In this document: in pieces, positions 1 through 10,749 of the stretch
Layout of the letters: each line of letters starts with the position of its first letter
Numbering within the stretch: position 1 is the stretch's first letter
From: an uncultured delta proteobacterium
Lineage (GTDB): Bacteria > Myxococcota > Myxococcia > Myxococcales > Myxococcaceae
DNA: 64,000 bases
Assembly: GCA_963776345.1 (NCBI GenBank)
Contig: CAVZMH010000013.1
Location: 192,001-256,000 of the forward strand
Direction: 5' to 3'
The notes under the pieces: generated by a model
The model's database searches: none
What the model saw: the letters and a program-made list of their open reading frames with translations, nothing else
What the model was told of the DNA's origin: nothing
Position numbers and translations under genes: made by a program

Positions 1-213
1 GAGGTCGGAGAGCGGGAACCCCGAGGCGTCGCCCATCAGCACGACCCGCGGGCTCTTGCCCCGGCCACCCTCGGCCGGCTGGCGGAGCGCGACGAGCAGG
101 TCCGGCGCGGTGGGCAGGAGGAGGAAGCTGCCGGGCCGCGCCTCGAGCTCGCCCGAGGCCTCGGCCTCGGGGACCACGCGCCCTCCGGGCTCCACGCGGA
201 TGCGGGCGGTCAT
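1..213 (-). CDS. Partial (N-terminal) protein, probably DUF4388-domain; runs off the window edge
   Basis: Hand translation from ATG at 213: MTARIRVEPGG...SPRVVLMGDASGFPLSDL. The 'L.GD...F.L.DL' segment resembles the start of a DUF4388 domain. Confidence 0.55.
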   Translation of the reverse strand, partial: MTARIRVEPGGRVVPEAEASGELEARPGSFLLLPTAPDLLVALRQPAEGGRGKSPRVVLMGDASGFPLSDL

Positions 214-229
214 GGTCGGGCGAAGAGCC

Positions 230-1102
230 TCACCGGGTGGCCGTGGTCCAGGTGCCGTGGGTCTTCTGCCAGTCCAGCTCGTCGTCCACGGTGATGGCGA
301 GGATCTCCGGCGCGGGCGCCAGGTCCAGCTTCCGGCCGTTGACGAGGACGGTGGGGGTGGCGTTGACGCCCGCGGCGACGCCGGCCGCGCGCTGGGCCTC
401 GGCCTGCTCGCGGTAGGTCTTGTCGGCCAGCGCCTTCCGCCAGTCGGCGGCGGTGATGCCGGCCTTGGTGAGGATCTCCTGGAGGACCTCCGGCGACAGC
501 CGGCTCTGGTTGTCGAAGATTGCGTCGTGCACCGGCCAGAGCTTGCCCTTGTCGCGGGCGAAGAGCGCGGCCTGGGCGGCGGGCATGGAGTTCGGGTGCT
601 GGGTGAGGGGGAAGCTCATCCAGCACAGCTTCACCTTGGTGGGGTTGTCGGCGGCGAACTTCTCCAGGGCGGGCCGGAGGATGGCGCAGTGCGGGCACTC
701 GAAGTCCGAGAACTCGACCAGGGTGACCGGGCCCTTGCCCCGGCACTGCCGCTCGTCGACCTTGAAGGTCTGCCGGGCGTCGCGGAAGCCCTGGTCGTAG
801 CGGGCGAGCTCGACGCCGATCTCGGCGGCGGTGATGCCACGGGCGGCCTCGAGGGCGGCGAGCTGCGCGAGCCGGCGGCTGTGCCGGCACTCGGGGTGCG
901 CCTTGAGGCACTGACCGAGGGAATGGGGGGAGCCGCAGCCGCAGAACTCGTCCTCCAGCACCCGGTCGTACTCGGGGCGGGTGGCCGGGGAGAGCGCCGA
1001 GGTGTCGACGGCGGGAGCATCCGGAGCGGCGACGGAGGTCGTGGCCAGGCAGGCCAGGACCGCCGCCGCGGGGAGCCAGCGGGACGGGTGGGAGTTGACC
1101 AC
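230..1102 (-). CDS. Secreted DsbA/thioredoxin-fold oxidoreductase
   Basis: Signal peptide, VEFSDFECPHC active site, cis-Pro motif GVNATPT, and an extra N-terminal Cys cluster (FCGCG..C..C). Confidence 0.9.
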   Translation of the reverse strand: MVNSHPSRWLPAAAVLACLATTSVAAPDAPAVDTSALSPATRPEYDRVLEDEFCGCGSPHSLGQCLKAHPECRHSRRLAQLAALEAARGITAAEIGVELARYDQGFRDARQTFKVDERQCRGKGPVTLVEFSDFECPHCAILRPALEKFAADNPTKVKLCWMSFPLTQHPNSMPAAQAALFARDKGKLWPVHDAIFDNQSRLSPEVLQEILTKAGITAADWRKALADKTYREQAEAQRAAGVAAGVNATPTVLVNGRKLDLAPAPEILAITVDDELDWQKTHGTWTTATR

Positions 1103-1176
1103 GGCGCCCTTGCTACACGTCCGCCCGGAGCAGTTGCAAGGCGGCCGGCGAGGCTGCTGAAACGCGGGGTCACCCC

Positions 1177-2172
1177 GTGCCTGCCCGCCCCCGAGTCCTG
1201 ATGCTGCACACCGGGGGCACCCTGGGGATGACGGGGGGCCGCCCGTCCGCGCTCCGCCCCGCGCCCTTCGCCCGGACGCTCCGGGAGCGGGTGCCGGAGC
1301 TGGCGGAGCTGGCGGACGTGCGGCTGGAGGTGTTCAGCAACCTGGACTCGAGCGAGATCCAGCCCGAGGCGTGGGTGCGGCTGGCCCGGGTGCTCGCCCG
1401 CCGGCTGCCGGAGTTCGACGGCGCGGTGGTGACGCACGGCACCGACACGCTGGCCTACACCGCGAGCGCCCTCTCCTTCCTGCTCCCGGGCCTCGACCGT
1501 CCGGTGGTGCTCACCGGGAGCCAGCGGCCCCTCTCGGAAATACGCACCGACGCGCGGCTGAACCTCATCGACGCGGTGACCTCGGCGCTGCGCGGACCGC
1601 CCGAGGTGACGGTGTGCTTCGACAGCAAGCTGTACCGCGGGAACCGGACCCTGAAGGCGGCGGTGGCGGACTACGACGCGTTCGACAGCCCGAACTTCCC
1701 GCTGCTCGGGACGCTGGGGGTGACGGCGCGCTTCGCGAAGGGGCTCCCGGCGCGGCCGCTGAAGCTGGTGGACCGGCTGGACCCGCGGGTGTTCCTCCTC
1801 AAGGTCTACCCGGGGCTCGACCCGGCGCTGCCGCTCCTCCTGCTCGGCCAGATGCGGGGGCTGGTGGTGGAGGCGTACGGGGCGGGAAACGTCCCGGTGG
1901 ACGAGTCGGGGGGGCGCTCGCTCCGTCCGGTGTTCCGGGAGGCACGCCGGCGCGGCGTGGCGGTGGTGATGGTGAGCCAGGCGCCCCGCAACGCGGTGGA
2001 CCTGTCGCTCTACGAGGGCGGGGCCGCGGCGCTCTCCGAGGGCGCCATCGGCGGGGGCGACATGACGTCGGTGGCGGCGGTGACGAAGCTGATGCACGTG
2101 CTCGGGGTGCACCGCTCGATGCAGGCGATCCGCCGCGCGATGGAGCGGGTGGTCGCCGGCGAGCGGAGCTGA
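1177..2172 (+). CDS. ansA: Type I (cytoplasmic) L-asparaginase
   Basis: HTGGTLGM, THGTDT, TGSQRP and YGAGN motifs; no signal peptide. Confidence 0.9.
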   Translation: MPARPRVLMLHTGGTLGMTGGRPSALRPAPFARTLRERVPELAELADVRLEVFSNLDSSEIQPEAWVRLARVLARRLPEFDGAVVTHGTDTLAYTASALSFLLPGLDRPVVLTGSQRPLSEIRTDARLNLIDAVTSALRGPPEVTVCFDSKLYRGNRTLKAAVADYDAFDSPNFPLLGTLGVTARFAKGLPARPLKLVDRLDPRVFLLKVYPGLDPALPLLLLGQMRGLVVEAYGAGNVPVDESGGRSLRPVFREARRRGVAVVMVSQAPRNAVDLSLYEGGAAALSEGAIGGGDMTSVAAVTKLMHVLGVHRSMQAIRRAMERVVAGERS

Positions 2173-2414
2173 GCCGCGACCACCTCCCGCCCGGCCGGGG
2201 CGCCCGCGGGTCCGGCCGCCGACCGGAGGAAGGAATCCTCCGTCCCGCGGTGACCCGTCTCCTGGACCTCCGCCTCCGGACCCGGGTCGTCCCGGTGCTC
2301 ACGCGCCGGGCCGCGGGCGCTGCAGTCTCCGCGCGCGGCCCCTTGCGTTCGGCGGCGTCATCGGCCATGGAGGGGCCCGCTGTTCAATCCTGACGGAGGG
2401 AGGTGACCCCGAGC

Positions 2415-2609
2415 ATGCCTGGAATCCGAGTGAAGGAAGGCGAGTCGATCGAGAGCGCGCTGAAGCGCTTCAAGAAGGCAACCGAGAAGGCCGGCATCCT
2501 TTCCGAGATCCGCAAGCGGGAGCACTACGAGAAGCCCTCCGTGAAGCGGAAGAAGAAGGCGCTGGCGGCGAAGAAGCGCGCGGTGAAGAAGCAGCGCAAG
2601 TCGTTCTAG
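2415..2609 (+). CDS. rpsU: 30S ribosomal protein S21
   Basis: [21 protein letters not shown]...[21 protein letters not shown] upstream. Confidence 0.97.
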   Translation: MPGIRVKEGESIESALKRFKKATEKAGILSEIRKREHYEKPSVKRKKKALAAKKRAVKKQRKSF

Positions 2610-2666
2610 CGCCGGTCTGAACGGTGCCCTCCGGCGAGCGCTGGCGGGCATCGAAAGGATGTTCCC

Positions 2667-3122
2667 ATGGCGAGCCTGAAGGAACGCATCGACTCGGAGC
2701 TGAAAGAGGCGATGCGCAGCAAGGACGAGCTCGGCACCAGCGTGCTGCGGATGCTGAAGAGCGCGGTGAAGTACAAGGAGGTCGAGCCCGGCGGCCACCC
2801 GCTGGAGGACGTCGGGGTGCTGGCGGTCATCCAGACGCTGATCAAGCAGCGCCGCGACTCGGTGGAGCAGTTCCGGGCCGGCGGCCGTCCCGAGCTCGCG
2901 GACAAGGAGGAGCGGGAGATCGCCCGGCTCCAGTCGTACCTGCCGGCGCAGCTGTCCCCCGACGAGCTCCGGGCGGAGGTGCGGGCCGCCGTCGCCCAGG
3001 TGGGCGCGAAGGGCCCCAAGGACATGGGCGCGGTGATGAAGGCGCTGATGCCCAACGTGCAGGGCCGCGCCGAGGGCAAGGCCGTGTCCGACGCGGTGAA
3101 GGCCGAGCTCACGCCGAAGTGA
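2667..3122 (+). CDS. yqeY: GatB/YqeY domain protein
   Basis: KQRRDSVEQF..GGR.ELA.KE, YLP.QLS and KDMGAVM motifs; conserved position after rpsU. Confidence 0.93.
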   Translation: MASLKERIDSELKEAMRSKDELGTSVLRMLKSAVKYKEVEPGGHPLEDVGVLAVIQTLIKQRRDSVEQFRAGGRPELADKEEREIARLQSYLPAQLSPDELRAEVRAAVAQVGAKGPKDMGAVMKALMPNVQGRAEGKAVSDAVKAELTPK

Positions 3123-3215
3123 CCCGGGGAGGGGTCGCGGTCCGGAGAGCGCCTGGCGCTCCCCCGGCCGGACCCCCTCGAGTCACCACGGAGGACTAGA
3201 GTCGCGAACCCGCCC

Positions 3216-5030
3216 GTGTCCATCCCCGAGCACACCATCGACGAGATTCTCGAGCGCGTGGACCTGGTCGCGCTGGTGGGCCGGCACGTCGAGCTGAAGA
3301 AGTCCGGGAAGAGCTTCAAGGGGCGCTGTCCGTTTCACCAGGAGAAGAGCGCCTCGTTCTACGTGACGCCCGAGCTGAAGCGCTTCAAGTGCTTCGGGTG
3401 CCAGGCGGGGGGCGACGCCATCGCCTTCGTGCAGCGCTACCTCGGCAAGACGTTCGTGGACGCGGTGCGGGACCTGGCGCGCGAGGCGGGAGTGGACCTC
3501 GCCGCGGCGGAGGACCCCTCGGCCCGCGAGCGGCAGCACCTGCGCGAGGTGACCGACCTGGCCCTCGAGCACTTCAAGAGCCAGCTCTGGCACCCGACCG
3601 AGGGCCGGGTGGCGCGCGAGGCGCTCGCGGCGCGCGGCGTCTCCGAGGACACGGCGCGGAGCTTCGGGCTCGGCTGGGCGCCGGAGGCCTGGACGCGGCT
3701 GGCGGATCTGCTGCTCGCCCGGGGCCTGCTCGAGTTCGGCATCCAGGCCGGGCTGGTCCAGCGGCGCACGCGCGGCGACGGGGCGTACGACGTCTTCCGC
3801 GGCCGGCTGATGATCCCCATCCGCGCCCCGGACGGGCGGGCGGTGGCGTTCGGCGGGCGGCTGCTCCAGGGAGACCAGGGGCCCAAGTACCTCAACTCGA
3901 AGGAGTCCCGCCTCTACGCCAAGAGCGAGACGCTGTACGGGCTGGACCGGGCGCGGGACGAGGTCCGCCGGCGGAAGACCGCGGTGCTGGTCGAGGGCTA
4001 CTTCGACGTCATCGGGCTGCACCAGGCGGGCGTGCAGCACGCGGTGGCGCTGTGCTCCACCGCGCTCACCCCGGGACACCTCGGGCAGCTGCAGCGGGTG
4101 GAGGCGCGCGAGCTGGTGCTGCTGCTCGACGGGGACGAGGCGGGGCGCAAGGCGGTGGAGCGGCTCGCCCCGGCCCTGCTGGCCGCAGGCGCCTCGACGC
4201 GGGTGGCGCTCCTCCCGGAGGGCGAGGACCCGGACACCTTCGCCCGGAGCCGGGGTGGAGATGCGGTCCGGGCGCTGCTGGATGCGGCGGTGCCGCTCTC
4301 CGAGCACCTGTTCCGGACGCTGCTCCCCGAGGGCCGGGTGGCCACCTTCGAGCGGAAGATGGAGGCCCTGGGGCGACTTCGACCCGTGGTGGCGGAGCTT
4401 CCGGTGGGTCTCTTGCGCTCGGCGTTCTTCTCCGGGCTGGCTGCTTATTCGGGGCTGCCGGCTGCCGAGCTGGAGGCCGGGCTCCGGGGCAAGGGCCCCC
4501 TCCTCCGCCCGGTCCCCAAGGCGGTCCCGGCGGCGCCGGTCCGGGTCGAGCGGCCCGTGGACCGGGCGGAGGCGGCGCTCGGGGCGCTGCTCCTCACCCG
4601 GCCGGAGCTGATCCGGGGCGCGGCGGCCTCCGAGGTCCTCGACGAGGTCACCCACCCGGGTCTCCGGGCGGTGCTGGCGCAGCTGCTGGCCGGGGCCTCG
4701 CCGGCGGACGCGCTCGAGGGTGCGAGCCCCCGTCTCCGGGCCGGCGTGGAGGCGGCGCAGGGGCTCCTTCCGCGCGATGCCGAACAGTTGCCGGAGGCAT
4801 TCGAGACCCTCTCCAGACGGTTGAAGCTGGCCCGGGTCAAGGAACGGCTGGACCACATCGCGCGGACCACCGCCCTTCTCGTGGGAGCGCACGAGCTGGA
4901 CGAAGAGACGAAAAGGTTGCAGGAGGAACGGGGAGAATTACTCAGGCTGAAGCGCCAGCTGGAGGCCACCACTGCGCGAGGCCCGGATCCCGTCAAGTCC
5001 CCGCCTTCACCCCCATCTGGCAGTTTGTGA
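3216..5030 (+). CDS. dnaG: DNA primase
   Basis: CPFH..C..C zinc domain, PKYLNS, VEGYFD, and TOPRIM motif DGDEAG. Confidence 0.96.
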   Translation: MSIPEHTIDEILERVDLVALVGRHVELKKSGKSFKGRCPFHQEKSASFYVTPELKRFKCFGCQAGGDAIAFVQRYLGKTFVDAVRDLAREAGVDLAAAEDPSARERQHLREVTDLALEHFKSQLWHPTEGRVAREALAARGVSEDTARSFGLGWAPEAWTRLADLLLARGLLEFGIQAGLVQRRTRGDGAYDVFRGRLMIPIRAPDGRAVAFGGRLLQGDQGPKYLNSKESRLYAKSETLYGLDRARDEVRRRKTAVLVEGYFDVIGLHQAGVQHAVALCSTALTPGHLGQLQRVEARELVLLLDGDEAGRKAVERLAPALLAAGASTRVALLPEGEDPDTFARSRGGDAVRALLDAAVPLSEHLFRTLLPEGRVATFERKMEALGRLRPVVAELPVGLLRSAFFSGLAAYSGLPAAELEAGLRGKGPLLRPVPKAVPAAPVRVERPVDRAEAALGALLLTRPELIRGAAASEVLDEVTHPGLRAVLAQLLAGASPADALEGASPRLRAGVEAAQGLLPRDAEQLPEAFETLSRRLKLARVKERLDHIARTTALLVGAHELDEETKRLQEERGELLRLKRQLEATTARGPDPVKSPPSPPSGSL

Positions 5031-5091
5031 CCGTGCGCGCTCCGGTGATAAAGCCGCGCGTTCGCACATCAATTTCTGGAGCCGTCCCCCG

Positions 5092-7176
<2,085 letters not shown>

Positions 7177-7219
7177 GCCCCGGGTAGGATTCGGTCCCCC
7201 GGGCGGCCCTTCGCATCTC

Positions 7220-7594
7220 GTGGAGGTCGCCCTGCCCTTCCCCCGAGGCGCGCTCGACGAGACGGTGGCCCGGGTGGTGCGAGCCATCCCGCGTGGCCGC
7301 GTGCTGAGCTACTCGCGGGTGGCGGTGCTGGCGGGCCTGCCGGGGCGGGCGCGGCTCATCGGCAAGGTGATGGGGCGGATCGGCGCCCGCGTGCCCTGGT
7401 GGCGCGTGCTGCGCGCCGACCGGACGCTGGCCGAGGAGGTCCGGGTGGAGCAGGCCCGGCGGCTGCGGGCGGAGGGCGTGCGGGTCGAGGACGGTGGACG
7501 GGTGCCCCGCTCGGCCTTCCTACCCATCGGCGACGAGGCGCTGCACCGGCGGATCCGTCGCGGCGCGACCTCGGGTCTGCTGCGCGACCGCTGA
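7220..7594 (+). CDS. Alkyltransferase-like (ATL/MGMT family) protein
   Basis: IPRGRV.SY..VA and PWWRV. Trp replaces the catalytic Cys of PCHRV, as in ATL proteins. Confidence 0.85.
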   Translation: MEVALPFPRGALDETVARVVRAIPRGRVLSYSRVAVLAGLPGRARLIGKVMGRIGARVPWWRVLRADRTLAEEVRVEQARRLRAEGVRVEDGGRVPRSAFLPIGDEALHRRIRRGATSGLLRDR

Positions 7595-7672
7595 GCGACG
7601 GTATGTCGAGAGCGAGCACGCGTACCATCACGGTCGCGCGCGAGCGTCTCTCCGGCGCTCGGGAACGACGAC

Positions 7673-7712
7673 GGGCGGCGAGCGCCCCGACGAAGGGAGC
7701 GCCGCCGCCCGG
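7673..7712. terminator. GC-rich hairpin between convergent genes, putative terminator
   Basis: Imperfect inverted repeat GGGCGGCG-AGCGCCCC...GGGAGCGC-CGCCGCCC; no strong U-tract. Confidence 0.4.
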
Positions 7713-7733
7713 TTGAATCAGTGGAGCGCGCTG

Positions 7734-7973
7734 CTACTTCGCGGCGGGAGCCGGCGCCGCCTGCTCCGCGCTGCGCTTGGCCGCCTTGTGCCGAGGGGCG
7801 GACTTCTTCGCCTTCTTCTCGGTGCTCTTCTTCTCGGTCTTCGCCGGGGCGGTGGCCGGGGCTGCCGACTCGGTCTTGCTCTCCGGCTTGGCCGCCGGGG
7901 CCTGAGCGAACGCGGCGAACGGCAGGGCAACGGCCAGGACGGCGGACAGGAGGGTGCGCTTCATGGGGTGCAT
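7734..7973 (-). CDS. Small secreted Lys/Ala-rich low-complexity protein
   Basis: Signal peptide (MKRTLLSAVLAVALPFAAFAQ), basic disordered mature region, and an AAGGA RBS. Confidence 0.75.
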   Translation of the reverse strand: MHPMKRTLLSAVLAVALPFAAFAQAPAAKPESKTESAAPATAPAKTEKKSTEKKAKKSAPRHKAAKRSAEQAAPAPAAK

Positions 7974-8068
7974 CGTTCCTTTCGGGAAGGAGGGCGACTC
8001 GTTCGCCCTCGTTGCACCCTTGGAACGTCGGACCGCCGCGCCGATTCAAACGCGGAGGGCGCGCGCCT

Positions 8069-9469
8069 CTAGAACTGCAGCCGCAGCATCGCCCGGCCGC
8101 CGAGGTAGCGATCGGTCGCGCTCCCGGCCGCCGCCGGCTGGCCCTCGTCGAAGGTGAAGGACGTCGAGCTGTAGACGCCGAAGATGCGGAGCGACAGCGG
8201 GCCCACCAGCTGGATGTGGAAGCCCAGCTCGGCCTCGAACCCGCTCGAGCTGCCGGTGAAGCTGCTGGAGTTCGCCCCCGACGCGTCCTGAACCGCGAGC
8301 GCGGTGGTCTTCCAGAGCAGGTAGTCGCCGCCGACGATGATCCAGAAGCCGCTGGAGATGGGGATGTCGAGGCGAAGACCGAGCTTGTGCCCCCAGATGC
8401 TGTACTGCGGAAGGCCCGCGAAGCCGGCGGTTGTCGGGTCTCCATCAGTGAGGAACTTGTACTTGCTGTACGCGTAGAACGGGACGATGGCGAAGTCCGA
8501 GTCCTTCCAGAAGCGCAGCCGCCACTCGAGGCCTGCCTGCCAGCGGTTGTAGGTGGTGCCCTTCTCGAGGGAGCCGTCCGGGAACTGGCTCTTCAGCCCC
8601 ATCGACAGCGCGAAGTCTCCGAAGAGGCCAATGCCGGCGAAGAGGCCGTCGGAGAAGAACGCGAGCGGGAAGAACTCGATACGCGCGTGCGGGGCGATGA
8701 ACAGGCTGGCGCTGTAGGGCCGCAGCGTCGAGCTGCCGCCCACGTTGCCGTACGAGAGGTTCCGGTTGAGGAAGTCCGCGCCCAGCTCCACGGCGAAGCG
8801 CCACTGGTGCCGGGGCGTCTCCAGTCGCTGGTTGGCGCCGGCGTCCACCGCCACCGGGGTGTCGGCGAGCGTCTTCTCGCCGGGCGGCGGAGGGGTCGGC
8901 GTCACCGGGAGCGGGAGCGGCTCGGCCGCGGCGGCCCCTGCCGCCATGGCGCCCGCGCCCGGCCCGGTGGTGGGTGGGGTGGTGGCCATGGTGTCCGGAC
9001 TGCCCGCGGCGATCGCGCCCACCGCGCCTACACCGGCCTCGAGGAGCGCTCCGCCCGACGCGAGGTTGCCCACGTCGGTGCTGAGCGTCTGGAGGCTGGA
9101 GCTGGTGATCTTCCCGGCCTGGGTGAGCGGGAACGACCAGCTCTGCGCCGACTTGCCCGCCTTGGCGAGCCAGGAGAGCTGCACCTCCTTGCCCTTCCCC
9201 GACTTGGCCTTGGCCACGCCACCCACCAGCAGACCCTGGACGTTGGCGCTCTTGATCTTGTTCCAGTCGGGCTTCTTCTTGGTGAAGACCCGGCTCGAGG
9301 GCACGCAGGTGTACGTCCGGCAGAGCACGCCGGAGATCTGGCTCTGCACCTGCGAGCGCTTGTCGCCGGTGATGGGAGCGACGGTGATCTTCGGCTTCGG
9401 GGCCGCCGCCTCGGCGGTGAGCGCGCAGATCAGGACGCCCAGCGCGGCGAGTCTCGGGTGAGGTGACAT
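8069..9469 (-). CDS. Secreted protein with probable C-terminal outer-membrane beta-barrel
   Basis: Real start at MSPHPRLAALGV (signal peptide), a Pro/Ala/Thr linker, and alternating aromatic beta-strands ending in ...RAMLRLQF. Confidence 0.75.
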   Translation of the reverse strand: MSPHPRLAALGVLICALTAEAAAPKPKITVAPITGDKRSQVQSQISGVLCRTYTCVPSSRVFTKKKPDWNKIKSANVQGLLVGGVAKAKSGKGKEVQLSWLAKAGKSAQSWSFPLTQAGKITSSSLQTLSTDVGNLASGGALLEAGVGAVGAIAAGSPDTMATTPPTTGPGAGAMAAGAAAAEPLPLPVTPTPPPPGEKTLADTPVAVDAGANQRLETPRHQWRFAVELGADFLNRNLSYGNVGGSSTLRPYSASLFIAPHARIEFFPLAFFSDGLFAGIGLFGDFALSMGLKSQFPDGSLEKGTTYNRWQAGLEWRLRFWKDSDFAIVPFYAYSKYKFLTDGDPTTAGFAGLPQYSIWGHKLGLRLDIPISSGFWIIVGGDYLLWKTTALAVQDASGANSSSFTGSSSGFEAELGFHIQLVGPLSLRIFGVYSSTSFTFDEGQPAAAGSATDRYLGGRAMLRLQF

Positions 9470-9621
9470 CCGTTGTCCTCCGGGGGCCTGGGGCGCAGGA
9501 CGGCGCACGGCCGCTCTTGAGCCCAGCAGACCGATGCTCCCCTCTCCGTCGTCACGCGGCAAGGTTTCGTCCGCTGTGGACCCGATGGCGCCGGTGTACC
9601 AGGATGTGGTCACACCTCGAC

Positions 9622-9694
9622 GGGCCCTTAGCTCAGCGGTCAGAGCTGTCGGCTCATAACCGATTGGTCCCAGGTTCGAATCCTGGAGGGCCCA
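9622..9694 (+). tRNA. tRNA with CAT anticodon, probably tRNA-Ile2 (lysidine)
   Basis: Acceptor stem GGGCCCT/AGGGCCC, D-arm TAGCTCAG, anticodon loop CT-CAT-AA and T-loop GTTCGAATC. It lacks the initiator C1:A72 mismatch and GGG/CCC anticodon stem. CCA is not encoded. Confidence 0.88.
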
Positions 9695-9759
9695 CTCGTC
9701 TTGGCCTCCCGCCCGGGGGGACGCCTGCGGAGCGGCGCACGGGCGCCGCCCGTCGAGGC

Positions 9760-10644
9760 TCAGTGTGCGCGGGCGAAGAGGAGCAGCGCGGAGAAGAGGC
9801 CGACCAGGTACACCAGGCTGAAGAAGAAGGTCTTCCGCGCCCAGGCCTTCTGCTCCCTGCGCAGCACCCCGCGCGCGACCAGCACCAGGAACACGCCGCC
9901 GAGCACCACCGCCACGCCGAGGTAGAGCGGCCCGGCCACGCCGAAGGGCACCAGGAGGACGCTGAACGCGACCAGGACCACCGTCCAGACCAGCATCCAG
10001 ATCCGCGTCGCGTCGTCGCCGCGCACCAGCGGGAACGCCATGTAGCCGGCCTCGCGGTACTCCTCCTTGCGGAACAGCGCGATGGCGAGGAAGTGCGGCA
10101 TCTGCCACGCGAACAGGACGCCGAAGAGCAGCAGGCCCCCGGTCCCGATGCGGCCAGTGACCGCGGTCCATCCCATCAGCGGCGGAAGCGAGCCGGGAAT
10201 GGCGCCCACCAGCATCGCCCCGGGGCTCCGGGGCTTCAGGGGGGTGTATGCGGCGACGTAGCTCACCAGCGCCAGGAAGCCGAGCGACCCGGTGAGGCCG
10301 TTGCTCCCCAGGGTGAGGAGCGGAAGCGAGAGCACCGCCAGCGCCAGACCGAAGCCCAGGGCCACCCCCGGCTCCATCCGGCCCGACGGCAGGGGCCGGC
10401 CACGGGTCCGGGCCATGTGACGGTCGCGGTCGCGCTCGATCCAGCAGTTGAGGGCGTTGGCCGCGGCCACCGTGCCGGCGGTCCCGAGGAGCGTGGCCAC
10501 CCACCGGGCGGGCGACAGCTCACCGGGGGCGAGCCACATCCCACCGGCGAGCGTGCACAGCACCAGGCTGGAGAGGCGCGGCTTGGTCAGCGAGACCAGG
10601 TCGGCGAGGGGGGACACCGGCCTGGGCAGGGCACGAACGGTCAT
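9760..10644 (-). CDS. cyoE: Heme o synthase (protoheme IX farnesyltransferase)
   Basis: LTKPR, N..IERDRD..M.RT..RPLPSG, YT.LK and WQMPHF.AIA motifs. Confidence 0.95.
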   Translation of the reverse strand: MTVRALPRPVSPLADLVSLTKPRLSSLVLCTLAGGMWLAPGELSPARWVATLLGTAGTVAAANALNCWIERDRDRHMARTRGRPLPSGRMEPGVALGFGLALAVLSLPLLTLGSNGLTGSLGFLALVSYVAAYTPLKPRSPGAMLVGAIPGSLPPLMGWTAVTGRIGTGGLLLFGVLFAWQMPHFLAIALFRKEEYREAGYMAFPLVRGDDATRIWMLVWTVVLVAFSVLLVPFGVAGPLYLGVAVVLGGVFLVLVARGVLRREQKAWARKTFFFSLVYLVGLFSALLLFARAH

Positions 10645-10749
10645 GGGAGACCCTTCCGTCTACCCGGCCGGGCCACCCGCTTCAAGGGCCGGCGAAGTCC
10701 AGGTGACCGGAAGGCGACGAGTGGCCGATCATTGCGCCTTCGGCCAGGC

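Noticed and set aside
9622..9694. Initiator or elongator tRNA-Met
   Set aside because: No initiator features. Sequence and position resemble Ile2 tRNAs, although elongator Met cannot be fully excluded without a covariance-model scan.
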